DNA of 41,944 bases from Ruminococcus sp. (GTDB lineage: Bacteria; Bacillota; Clostridia; Oscillospirales; Ruminococcaceae): positions 1-41,944 of the forward strand of contig DBEZOM010000120.1 of NCBI GenBank assembly GCA_048252855.1, written 5' to 3'. The position numbers were made by a program, and so were the translations under genes. This document shows positions 28,300 to 36,720 of the stretch, piece after piece. The notes below the pieces were generated by a model that did no database searches, had not been told where the DNA came from, and worked only from the letters and a program-made list of their open reading frames with translations. Numbering within the stretch: position 1 is the stretch's first letter; each line of letters opens with the position of its first letter.

Positions 28300-31257
28300 T
28301 TAGCCCATGTAAAATTCAGTTTTCCAAACGCCTACGCCCGATTCGGAGAACACTTCGTCGAGTCGCTCCTGCATCTGCTCAAGCGTTATGCCCTTTTTCA
28401 TGATTACCTGTATGAATCCGCCGCCGCCTGCGCCGCATATCATCTTGCCGTCTATCAGGTCTTCTATTGAAAGGAATATCTGGTCGATACAGGTATTGGT
28501 ACAGCCCTTGTCCAGCCGCTTTGAAAGTTCCCAGTGCTCGTTCATCAGCTTTGCCAAGCCGTCGATCCTGCCTTTTTCAAGCTCCAGCCGCATGAGAACG
28601 GCCATCTGCTGTACGCGGTAGAGCACCTCGTTTACCTCGGGGTCGCCGCCGACGTATTTGCCCACGATGTCGCGAAGCAGGTTTCTCGCCAGTCTGCGCT
28701 GACCCGTGTATATCAGCGCGAAACGCTCGTTCAGTTCGCGCAGAGTGCCGTTGTCGATGCGAAGCGGCGTGCAGATGATCTTCTGCTTCAGCGCCTTGTC
28801 GGCCGAGACCATCTTTATGCCCGCCGAAGCGCCGCCTACCTGATCTTGCCAGCCGCCGCCGGTAGACATTATCTGCTCCATGCAAAGCACGGTGTTGTAA
28901 AGCTCGTCCTCAGTGTACTTCACGCCCATGAAGCTGAAAATGCCCTTTACGCAAGCCGCCGCCAGTATCGAGCTTGTGCCCAGACCGCTGCCCTTTGGTA
29001 TGTCGATAACGCGGGTGTTCATGTAAAGTCCGCCGCCCAGATGCGCGCATATCTCCTCTACCGATATGTTTTCCTCGTAGGGGATAACGCCGCAGGCGAT
29101 GAGCGCCGCTTTGTGCAGTGCGAAAGCGTCCATCGGGTCGCTGCAATTTTGCAGTTTCTTTATGTCGGTAAATTCCTCGTAGCTGCCTACGTCGGTGCTC
29201 GCGAGCACCATCTTGCTTTCGGGCAGCTTCTTTATCGTTACCTCTATCGGCAGCTCGCCGCCCAGCTTTATCGCCGCGTTGAGCACTGTGCCGCCGTGCT
29301 CCATGCAGTACGGCGGTGTGTCAGACCAGCCGCCGCCCCAGTTTACGCGTACCGGCAGCTTCGTAACTACTTCGTCTTTCGCGATAACGTAATCCGCGCG
29401 GTAATCGGTGTCTTTCAGCGCCGTGCGCAGTATCGTGTCGCGTATAGTTTCAAAGCAGCGGTCGCAGTTTTTCTCCTCGTCCGTCAGCTTCGAGAGGTAG
29501 TAGTAAATGCGTATCTTCCTGCTGAACGAGCTGAGGTCGGTGCAGTCGAGCTTTTCCGCCATTTTCAGCAGCTTGTTCTTCACGCGCTCGGAAATGCCCG
29601 TTTTGAATATCTCCGTCGCCTGCTCTGCGGGCAGGTTCGCGTCTATGGCTTCCAGCAGGCTCTCTATCTTTATCTTGTCGTTCAGCTTTTCCTGCCAGGG
29701 CAGTATCGCGGTAACGTCAGCGCCGTTGAAGCTGTCTTTAAGGCTGAAAAGCTCGCTCTTTGCTTCGCCCGAAAGGCTCGCGCTCAGCGCTTCCGCAAAG
29801 GTGTGCTCGGCGGGGTAGAGGGGCTTTGTCCAAAGCGGCTCGTCTATATCTTTGCCGAAAAGCTTTGCTTCTTTCGGGTTGTCGTTCACGCCGTAAACGC
29901 GCACTACAAATCTGTCGTCAGCGAGTTTCAGACCGTGCACCACCGTGCCGTCGGGTATAACTATCGGCTTTTCGTTCTTGCCGCTGCGCGCCTTGCCTAT
30001 GGTGCAGCCTGAGATAACGCAGCCCTTGCCGATAACGGCGTTGTGGTGTATGTAGCTGTCCTCGATGTAGCTGCCCGCGCCGACTTTCGCCCGCGTGCTT
30101 ATGTATGAATTTGAAGCCGCAAAGCCATCGCCGTGGTAATTGCTGTTTACTACGCCGCGCCAGCCCAGTTCGCCGTAGCTGCCGATGTCCTCAGCATTAA
30201 GTTTCAGCAGCTCGCGCGTAGTGCCGAAGTGCAGGAACGAGGAGGGCGAGAAGCGTATCAGCTTCATGCGGTATTCACTGAGCTTTTCCCATATCTTTTC
30301 GCGCGCGGCGTCAAGCTCGGGGCTGAAATCGCCCTCGGGCTGCTCTTTGTAAAACTGCTCCAGCGTGCTGTCCTCAGCTAAGGGGTAGAGGAAGTCGGCG
30401 TAGAATGAAAGGCGCACCTTTTCGTTCACCATAGCCGCGAATTTCTCGGGCGTGTCCGCCAGCGAGTAGAGCGTTTTTACCAATCCGCCGCTGAATATCA
30501 CCGCGCCCGTGTCGATGTTTATCATTCCGCGCTGATCGGCAGCGCCCACCTTTTTAAGGTTCTCTACCGACTGCTTGTGCAGGAAACGGCGCACATATCC
30601 ATCGCCGCTGCCTAAGAATACGCCGTGGTTTTTGCCGACTTCGGCGCTTTCTTTTATCGAAAGTGCAGCCGCGCCCTCTTCGTAAAAATCGAGCTGCAGG
30701 GAGTTGAAGAGCAGCAGTACATCGCCCGAGCAGACAAGCATACCGCTGGAGATGCGCGCGGGTATGCCGCACATCGAGATCATAAATTCGTCAAATAGCG
30801 TGCTGCGCCTGCCGTTCGGCAGCATACGCGGCACGGGCGAGAATATTTTTCCGCAGGCGCTGTACTGCGGCGTTCTCTTAGCGTCGCCGCCGCTGTGGAG
30901 CACCATTATCCTTAGCTGCGAAAGCTCGCGCTCGTCGTGCTCGGTTATGTATTTCAAAACGTTCAGCGTAGCGCCGCCCGAGCCTACCCGCTTGCCTTCG
31001 GGGTCGGGGATAACGGCGTACTTCGTCGCGGCGGGCAGCGCGCGGTTTTTCAGCCGCCAGCTTATCTGCTGCTCGTAAGCCATAGCCTGTGCTTCGTTTG
31101 AGGCTGAAAGTATAACGTAATCCCATACCGGCAGCTTGTGCGCGTCGTCCGTGCGCTCGCGTCGCAGTATCTCGCTGTAAAGGTCGGTGTTGTCGAAATA
31201 TGACTGCTGTAAAAATAAGTTTTTGTATCTGTTTCCCGTATTCAGAGTTTTGCTCAT
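28300..31257 (-). CDS. fkp: Bifunctional L-fucokinase / GDP-L-fucose pyrophosphorylase
   Basis: DPEGKRVGSGGAT, HSGGDAKR.P; C-terminal GHMP kinase PVRVNWGGGWSDTPP, PKGSGLGTSS, GGGWQDQ, GAGGGGF. Confidence 0.9.
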   Translation of the reverse strand: MSKTLNTGNRYKNLFLQQSYFDNTDLYSEILRRERTDDAHKLPVWDYVILSASNEAQAMAYEQQISWRLKNRALPAATKYAVIPDPEGKRVGSGGATLNVLKYITEHDERELSQLRIMVLHSGGDAKRTPQYSACGKIFSPVPRMLPNGRRSTLFDEFMISMCGIPARISSGMLVCSGDVLLLFNSLQLDFYEEGAAALSIKESAEVGKNHGVFLGSGDGYVRRFLHKQSVENLKKVGAADQRGMINIDTGAVIFSGGLVKTLYSLADTPEKFAAMVNEKVRLSFYADFLYPLAEDSTLEQFYKEQPEGDFSPELDAAREKIWEKLSEYRMKLIRFSPSSFLHFGTTRELLKLNAEDIGSYGELGWRGVVNSNYHGDGFAASNSYISTRAKVGAGSYIEDSYIHHNAVIGKGCVISGCTIGKARSGKNEKPIVIPDGTVVHGLKLADDRFVVRVYGVNDNPKEAKLFGKDIDEPLWTKPLYPAEHTFAEALSASLSGEAKSELFSLKDSFNGADVTAILPWQEKLNDKIKIESLLEAIDANLPAEQATEIFKTGISERVKNKLLKMAEKLDCTDLSSFSRKIRIYYYLSKLTDEEKNCDRCFETIRDTILRTALKDTDYRADYVIAKDEVVTKLPVRVNWGGGWSDTPPYCMEHGGTVLNAAIKLGGELPIEVTIKKLPESKMVLASTDVGSYEEFTDIKKLQNCSDPMDAFALHKAALIACGVIPYEENISVEEICAHLGGGLYMNTRVIDIPKGSGLGTSSILAAACVKGIFSFMGVKYTEDELYNTVLCMEQIMSTGGGWQDQVGGASAGIKMVSADKALKQKIICTPLRIDNGTLRELNERFALIYTGQRRLARNLLRDIVGKYVGGDPEVNEVLYRVQQMAVLMRLELEKGRIDGLAKLMNEHWELSKRLDKGCTNTCIDQIFLSIEDLIDGKMICGAGGGGFIQVIMKKGITLEQMQERLDEVFSESGVGVWKTEFYMG

Positions 31258-31271
31258 GCTGTTACCTCGTT

Positions 31272-32582
31272 TTAAAGTTCGTATTTTATCTTGTCGTGCA
31301 CCGAAATATCTCTGCCAAGCTGTACCTCGATTATCTCAAGCGTGGTGGTCGCAGTTACGGTGTGCTTTGTGCCCGCGGGCATTTCAAGCACGTCGCCCGC
31401 TTTCACGCTGCACTCTGCGCCGTCTATCACGGCCTTGCCCTCGCCGCGGATAACTGTCCATACCTCGCTGCGGTACTCGTGCGCATGGTAATTCATGCCG
31501 TGCCCCGCGTTCAGCGTTACCTTTATGGTAAGGCTTTCGTTCTCGATGTCCAGCACGCGGAAGCTGCCCCATGATTTTTCGGCGAACATCACTTTGTGGT
31601 CGAGGGTGTTTACAAAGGGCTTTATGTAGCTCGACTGCTCTTTGTCAGAAACCAGTATGCCCTCGGGGCTTGCCGAAACTACCACGTCTTTCAGACCCAT
31701 GCAGAGTATTGGCACGTTCAGCTCGTTAACGACGTGTACGTTGCTGCATTCGTCGTTAAAGAGCGCCTGCCCTACGCTGCGGCTGTCCATCGCCTCGGTA
31801 AGTGTGTTCCATGTGCCGAGGTCGCGCCACATTCCCGAAAAGCGCATTACCTCTATCAGCGGCTCGTGCTCTACCACCGCGTAGTCGAAGCTTATCTTTT
31901 CCAGCGTGTCGTAACGCTTGAAAAGGTCGTTGTAGTCCTTAAAATCTATCAGCTCGTGCGCGCGGCTCAGCACATATCCCAGACGGAACGCGAAAACGCC
32001 GCCGTTCCAGAGCGCCCCCTGCGATATGTATTCCGCCGCCGTGGCGCGGTCGGGCTTTTCCTTGAATTTGTTCACGCGGCTTATCTCGCCGCCGTCCGCG
32101 GGGATGATGTATCCGTACTTTTCGCTGGGGTAGGTAGGCTCTATGCCCATCAGCACAAGGTTCGCTTCGCTTTCGCGCGCGTAGTCGCCCAGTTTTCCGA
32201 GCGCTTCAAAGTAGTCAGGCTCTACATATGGGTCTACGGGGCACACGACTACCGCTTCTTCGGCGGGTATTTTTTTCACGTCGTGCAGATACGCCGCCGC
32301 CAGCGCTATCGCGGGGAAAGTGTCGCGGCGGCAGGGCTCTATGCTTATGCCCACTTCGTCGCCGAGCTGGTTGTGTATAGCGCTCACCTGCGATTTCGAG
32401 GTGGCTATGGTTACGCTCGCGTTCTCGTCGGCGGTCTTTATCTGTCTGTAAACGCGCTGTACCATCGACTCCAGCCCGCCGTCCTCGGTGTGAAAAAGCT
32501 TTATAAACTGCTTTGAGCGAATATCGTTTGAAAGCGGCCACAATCTCTGCCCCGAGCCGCCTGATAAAAGTACAATGTTCAT
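31272..32582 (-). CDS. manC: Mannose-1-phosphate guanylyltransferase with C-terminal cupin
   Basis: LSGGSGQRLWPLS, KQF, EP..RDT, YGYI, FKEKP, WN.G, SFDYAV, DLGTW; cupin WG.F...HEYRSEVW. Confidence 0.88.
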   Translation of the reverse strand: MNIVLLSGGSGQRLWPLSNDIRSKQFIKLFHTEDGGLESMVQRVYRQIKTADENASVTIATSKSQVSAIHNQLGDEVGISIEPCRRDTFPAIALAAAYLHDVKKIPAEEAVVVCPVDPYVEPDYFEALGKLGDYARESEANLVLMGIEPTYPSEKYGYIIPADGGEISRVNKFKEKPDRATAAEYISQGALWNGGVFAFRLGYVLSRAHELIDFKDYNDLFKRYDTLEKISFDYAVVEHEPLIEVMRFSGMWRDLGTWNTLTEAMDSRSVGQALFNDECSNVHVVNELNVPILCMGLKDVVVSASPEGILVSDKEQSSYIKPFVNTLDHKVMFAEKSWGSFRVLDIENESLTIKVTLNAGHGMNYHAHEYRSEVWTVIRGEGKAVIDGAECSVKAGDVLEMPAGTKHTVTATTTLEIIEVQLGRDISVHDKIKYEL

Positions 32583-32604
32583 TTTTTGGTTCTCCTATAA
32601 TATG

Positions 32605-32643
32605 GCAATGCCGCACAAGCAGTTCACGCCTGTGCGGTGTTGC
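32605..32643. repeat. REP-like hairpin, copy B
   Basis: gcaatgccgcac-aagcagttcacgcc-tgtgcggtgttgc; arms identical to 19191-19219. Confidence 0.7.
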
Positions 32644-32651
32644 GTTAAAAT

Positions 32652-33596
32652 TTATCTTTCAGCTCTCATCGGGTTATTGAGGAAGTCCTCGTAAGCCAGC
32701 TTTATGCCGTCTTTCAGCTCGGTCTTGTATGTCCAGCCGAGGTCAGCCGCCTTGCTAACGTCGAGCAGCTTGCGGGGAGTGCCGTTCGGCTTAGAGGTAT
32801 CCCAGCGTATCTCGCCGGTGTATCCGATGACTTCTGCGGTAAGCTCGGTAAGCTCTTTTATGGTAAGCTCTTTGCCCGTGCCCGCGTTCACCGTTTCGTT
32901 TCCGCTGTAATTGTTCATCAGGAAAACGCAGAGGTTCGCGAGGTCGTCAACGTAGAGAAATTCTCTCAGCGGCGAGCCGTCGCCCCAGCAGGTAACGTAA
33001 GGCAGCCCTTGCTCTTTCGCTTCGTGGAAACGTCTTATCAGCGCGGGGAGAACGTGGCTGTGGGTAGGGTGGTAGTTGTCGTTAGGGCCGTAAAGATTTG
33101 TAGGCATTACGGATATGTAGTCGGTGCCGTACTGGCGGTTGAGAAATTCGCAGTATTTCAGACCCGAGATCTTCGCGAGTGCGTAAGCCTCGTTGGTCTT
33201 TTCCAGCTCAGAGGTCAGCAGGCAGCTTTCTTTCATAGGCTGCGGCGCCATTCTGGGGTATATGCAGGAAGAACCGAGGAACTCCAGCTTCTTGCAGCCG
33301 TTTTTCCAAGCCGAGTTGATAACGTTCATCTCGAGTATCATGTTGTCGTACATAAAGTCGGCGAGGGCGTTTTCGTTAGCAACTATGCCGCCAACTTTAG
33401 CCGCCGCGAGGAAAACGTACTCCGGCTTTTCCTCAGCGAAAAATTTCTCAACTGCGTCCTGTCTGCAAAGGTCTAGCTCTTTGTGGCTGCGGGTGATTAT
33501 GTTGGTGTAGCCCTGCTTTTCCAGCTCGCGTACTATCGCCGAGCCTACCATGCCTTTGTGTCCCGCAACGTATATCTTAGCGTTCTTTTCCATCAT
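32652..33596 (-). CDS. fcl: GDP-L-fucose synthase
   Basis: GHKGMVGSA, AAAKVGGI, LGSSCIYP, YALAK, PTNLYGP, SHVLPAL. Confidence 0.95.
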   Translation of the reverse strand: MMEKNAKIYVAGHKGMVGSAIVRELEKQGYTNIITRSHKELDLCRQDAVEKFFAEEKPEYVFLAAAKVGGIVANENALADFMYDNMILEMNVINSAWKNGCKKLEFLGSSCIYPRMAPQPMKESCLLTSELEKTNEAYALAKISGLKYCEFLNRQYGTDYISVMPTNLYGPNDNYHPTHSHVLPALIRRFHEAKEQGLPYVTCWGDGSPLREFLYVDDLANLCVFLMNNYSGNETVNAGTGKELTIKELTELTAEVIGYTGEIRWDTSKPNGTPRKLLDVSKAADLGWTYKTELKDGIKLAYEDFLNNPMRAER

Positions 33597-33613
33597 TTTA
33601 AACTGCCCCCGTT

Positions 33614-34660
33614 TCAAACATTCGCGGCTTTAAGAGCTTTTTCGCGCTTTGCAAGCTCTCTGTCGTGCTTTGCCATTATGTCTATAAGCTGCTCGTAGCT
33701 TGTGGTCTGCGGATCCCAGCCCAGCACTGTTTTTGCCTTGGTGGGGTCGCCCCAGAGGTTGTCAACGTCGGTAGGTCTGAACCACGCGGGGTTTACGCAA
33801 ACGAGCATTTTGCCGGTTTCGGCGTCGTAGCCCTTTTCGTCAAGGCCCTCGCCCTCCCAGCGGATAGTTATGCCGTTTGCCGCGAAAGCCTTTTCGGTGA
33901 AGTCGCGGACGGTGTGCTGTACGCCCGTCGCGATAACGAAATCGTCAGGCTGCTCCTGCTGCATGATGAGCCACATACACTCAACGTAGTCCTTAGCGTA
34001 GCCCCAGTCGCGCAGAGAGTCCATATTGCCCAGCTCGAGGTGGTCTTGCAGACCCTCGGATATCCTGCCTGCCGCGAGGGTGATCTTGCGGGTAACGAAA
34101 TTTTCGCCGCGGCGCTCAGACTCGTGGTTGAAAAGTATGCCGTTTACCGCGAACATACCGTAAGCTTCGCGGTACTCCTTTATCATCCAGAAGCCGTACT
34201 GCTTCGCGATGGCGTAGGGGCTGTACGGGTGGAAAGGCGTAGTTTCGCGCTGAGGAACTTCCTCCACCTTGCCGTAAAGCTCAGAGGTCGAAGCCTGATA
34301 TATCTTGGTCTTTTTCTCCATTCCGAGCATTCTTACAGCCTCGAGTATCCTCAGCACGCCTATCGCGTCAACGTCGCCCGAATATTCGGGAACGTCGAAT
34401 GATACCTGAACGTGCGACTGCGCCGCGAGGTTGTATATCTCGTCGGGCTGTACTTCCTTTATAATGCGTATCAGCGAGGTCGAGTCGGTAAGGTCGCCGT
34501 CGTGCAGCTTTATCTTGTCGATGATGTGGTCTATCCTCGCGGTGTTCGAGATGGAAGCGCGGCGGGTTATTCCGTGTACCGCGTAGCCTTTTTCCAGCAG
34601 AAATTCCGCGAGGTAAGAGCCGTCCTGACCGGTGATGCCTGTAATGAGTGCAGTTTTCAT
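33614..34660 (-). CDS. gmd: GDP-mannose 4,6-dehydratase
   Basis: [41 protein letters not shown]; promoter TTGAAC-17-TATAAT at 34746-34718. Confidence 0.97.
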   Translation of the reverse strand: MKTALITGITGQDGSYLAEFLLEKGYAVHGITRRASISNTARIDHIIDKIKLHDGDLTDSTSLIRIIKEVQPDEIYNLAAQSHVQVSFDVPEYSGDVDAIGVLRILEAVRMLGMEKKTKIYQASTSELYGKVEEVPQRETTPFHPYSPYAIAKQYGFWMIKEYREAYGMFAVNGILFNHESERRGENFVTRKITLAAGRISEGLQDHLELGNMDSLRDWGYAKDYVECMWLIMQQEQPDDFVIATGVQHTVRDFTEKAFAANGITIRWEGEGLDEKGYDAETGKMLVCVNPAWFRPTDVDNLWGDPTKAKTVLGWDPQTTSYEQLIDIMAKHDRELAKREKALKAANV

Positions 34661-34812
34661 GATATTATCCCTCTTTCATAACTTTAGGTTTTTGAGAAGC
34701 TTACAAATTACAACATGATTATACAACTTTTTCGCCGCCCGTTCAACCGCTTATCGGGATATATATTAGCACAATATTGGCTTTATTACGAAACTTTGAA
34801 CTTTGTCTAATA

Positions 34813-35685
34813 TCACCACAGCCGCCGATACTGCGAGGGGGTCATGCCCTCTACTTTTTTAAACAAACGGCTGAAATAATTGGCGTCTTTCAGACCTACT
34901 CGGTAGGCTATCTCGTCCACCGTCATATCTGAAAATCTTAATAGATTTTTAGCTTTTGTTATGCGAAGCTGCTCGAGATAGGCTATTATTGTTGTGCCGT
35001 AAGTTTCGCGAAATATCTTCGACATATAAAATTTATTGATGTAAAACTTCGCCGCAAGCTCGTCCAGCGTCATTTTTTCGGCGTAGTGCTCGTCGAGGTA
35101 ATTTTTCACGCGGCTAAGCTCTACCTTTTTCTTGGCGGTGAATGCGTTTTCGGGGTTCCACGAGCTTTCCATCAGCCTCGTAAGCAGCGCGCTCAGCTCT
35201 TCGTTTATGCGCATATCGCGAATGTAGTCGGCCGAGTCGGCTATGGCGCGCAGGCGCGAGAGGTTGTCTTTCAGCGCCGCGCAGTTAGTCGGGCGGAAAA
35301 CGGGTCTGCCGCCGCGCGAGATGTATTTTTCGTATATCGCCTGCATCTGCACGCCGAAAAAGTGGCACCATTGCAGGCTCCAGAGGTCGTCGGAGGTCGA
35401 GTGCTCGTAGTTTTTGCGGCAGTCGATGAATACCGCGTCGCCCGCGTGCAGGCGGTAGACCTCGCCCTCGTAATCCAGCGTGCCCGACCCCGAAAGCACC
35501 ACGAAGCAGAGGAAAGAGCGCAGACCGCTGCGCGAGGAGGAGTGCGGCTTCACGGCGGTAAGCGTGCCCGCCTCCTGCAAGTAGAGCAGTGTGCTGCGGG
35601 CGAAAGCCGAGGGGGTGTATATCACGCGCTGCGACTGCACGCATGGGGATTCGTCGGCAAAAAGCTCAGGCTCGGCAAGGCTCAT
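34813..35685 (-). CDS. AraC-family transcriptional regulator
   Basis: Cupin-like N-terminus; C-terminal double HTH (IAYRVG..DANYFSRLFKK.EGMTPSQYR). ATG 35685 chosen from RBS aaggag and promoter position. Confidence 0.93.
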   Translation of the reverse strand: MSLAEPELFADESPCVQSQRVIYTPSAFARSTLLYLQEAGTLTAVKPHSSSRSGLRSFLCFVVLSGSGTLDYEGEVYRLHAGDAVFIDCRKNYEHSTSDDLWSLQWCHFFGVQMQAIYEKYISRGGRPVFRPTNCAALKDNLSRLRAIADSADYIRDMRINEELSALLTRLMESSWNPENAFTAKKKVELSRVKNYLDEHYAEKMTLDELAAKFYINKFYMSKIFRETYGTTIIAYLEQLRITKAKNLLRFSDMTVDEIAYRVGLKDANYFSRLFKKVEGMTPSQYRRLW

Positions 35686-35720
35686 TCTTTCAGCGCTCCT
35701 TTCGTTATTTATCATAATAA

Positions 35721-35793
35721 AGTATAGCTCATTTTATGGAAAATGTCAATAGCCGCGTGCCGTATTGACAAGCCGTCGGGCAAGTGATATAAT
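35721..35793. promoter_or_regulatory. Back-to-back SigA promoters (araC and small ORF)
   Basis: Minus: TTGACA(35749)-17-TATACT(35726). Plus: TTGACA(35765)-17-TATAAT(35788). Confidence 0.8.
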
Positions 35794-35840
35794 AGATAGA
35801 AAGCAATGCAATATTCGCATTTCTCGGGAGGAGTATAAAC

Positions 35841-35981
35841 ATGAAAAGTTTCATAGAGTGGCTCAGTAAGCCTAACCATATAAAAATAGCCGCAGGCGCG
35901 CTGTTTTTCGCGCTGATCTCTTATCTTTCGTTCTGCAACGGCGAAAACATGGGCAGATTTGTTTACACTATACTTCACTAA
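35841..35981 (+). CDS. Small 46-aa putative single-pass membrane protein (not in ORF track)
   Basis: MKSFIEWLSKPNHIKIAAGALFFALISYLSFCNGENMGRFVYTILH; RBS ggaggag and consensus promoter upstream. Confidence 0.72.
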   Translation: MKSFIEWLSKPNHIKIAAGALFFALISYLSFCNGENMGRFVYTILH

Positions 35982-36059
35982 ATATCACCGCCGTGCACAC
36001 CGCGCGGCATATTTTTAACAGTCAAGTTAGCTAAAACTAACTCACAGAAGGAGCACATA

Positions 36060-36668
36060 ATGGGCAGGAAAAATATTTACATAAAAAGCGCTTCGTACAG
36101 CTCGGTGTTTGAGAATATTTCGGCGGCGGGCGGCAGCGCTGAGCAGATACAGCGGCAGGCGAACGACGAGTATCACAAAATGCTCGCGCTTCACCCCGAC
36201 CTCGGCAAGGTCGCGCTGGTGCATTGGAAGCAGTGCTGCGAGCGGGCGGCGCTTTACAAAACGGTGATGAAATATTTCCCCGAGCAGGCTTTCGGCTGGG
36301 TGCACACCGCGGCGATGGCTTACAGCAGAAAGTCGGGCGAGTTTATCAATAAAGCGGTGAACTTCCCTGGGGTCGCGAATATATTTCTGCCTGCCATGAA
36401 GAAAATGGCGGCGAAAGGCTTCGGCGAGGAGGCTGGTTTTAAGAACCGTTTCGGCGTTTTCAATAAGCGGGAGGCGCATTTTGACATTCTGAGCTGCCCC
36501 TACTGCCGATATATGGAGGAACTGGGCTGCCCCGAGCTGAAAGCGGGCTTTTGCGAGAGCGACGAGCATATGTACGGCAACCTCGATAAATTTTCGTTCG
36601 AGCGCACGCAGACTCTTGCGGGCGGCGGCGAGTACTGCGATTTTTGCATCAGGGCGAGAGAGAAATAA
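36060..36668 (+). CDS. L-2-amino-thiazoline-4-carboxylic acid hydrolase-like family protein
   Basis: FDILSCPY, GCPEL...FCESD, FERTQTLAGGGEYCDF; RBS aaggag. Confidence 0.75.
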   Translation: MGRKNIYIKSASYSSVFENISAAGGSAEQIQRQANDEYHKMLALHPDLGKVALVHWKQCCERAALYKTVMKYFPEQAFGWVHTAAMAYSRKSGEFINKAVNFPGVANIFLPAMKKMAAKGFGEEAGFKNRFGVFNKREAHFDILSCPYCRYMEELGCPELKAGFCESDEHMYGNLDKFSFERTQTLAGGGEYCDFCIRAREK

Positions 36669-36674
36669 CACAAC

Positions 36675-36713
36675 CACGGGCTGAGGAGCGCTTTTCCCCG
36701 GCCCGTGTTTTTT
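36675..36713 (+). terminator. Terminator between convergent genes
   Basis: cacgggctg...cggcccgtg plus T6. Confidence 0.75.
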
Positions 36714-36720
36714 ATCTGCT

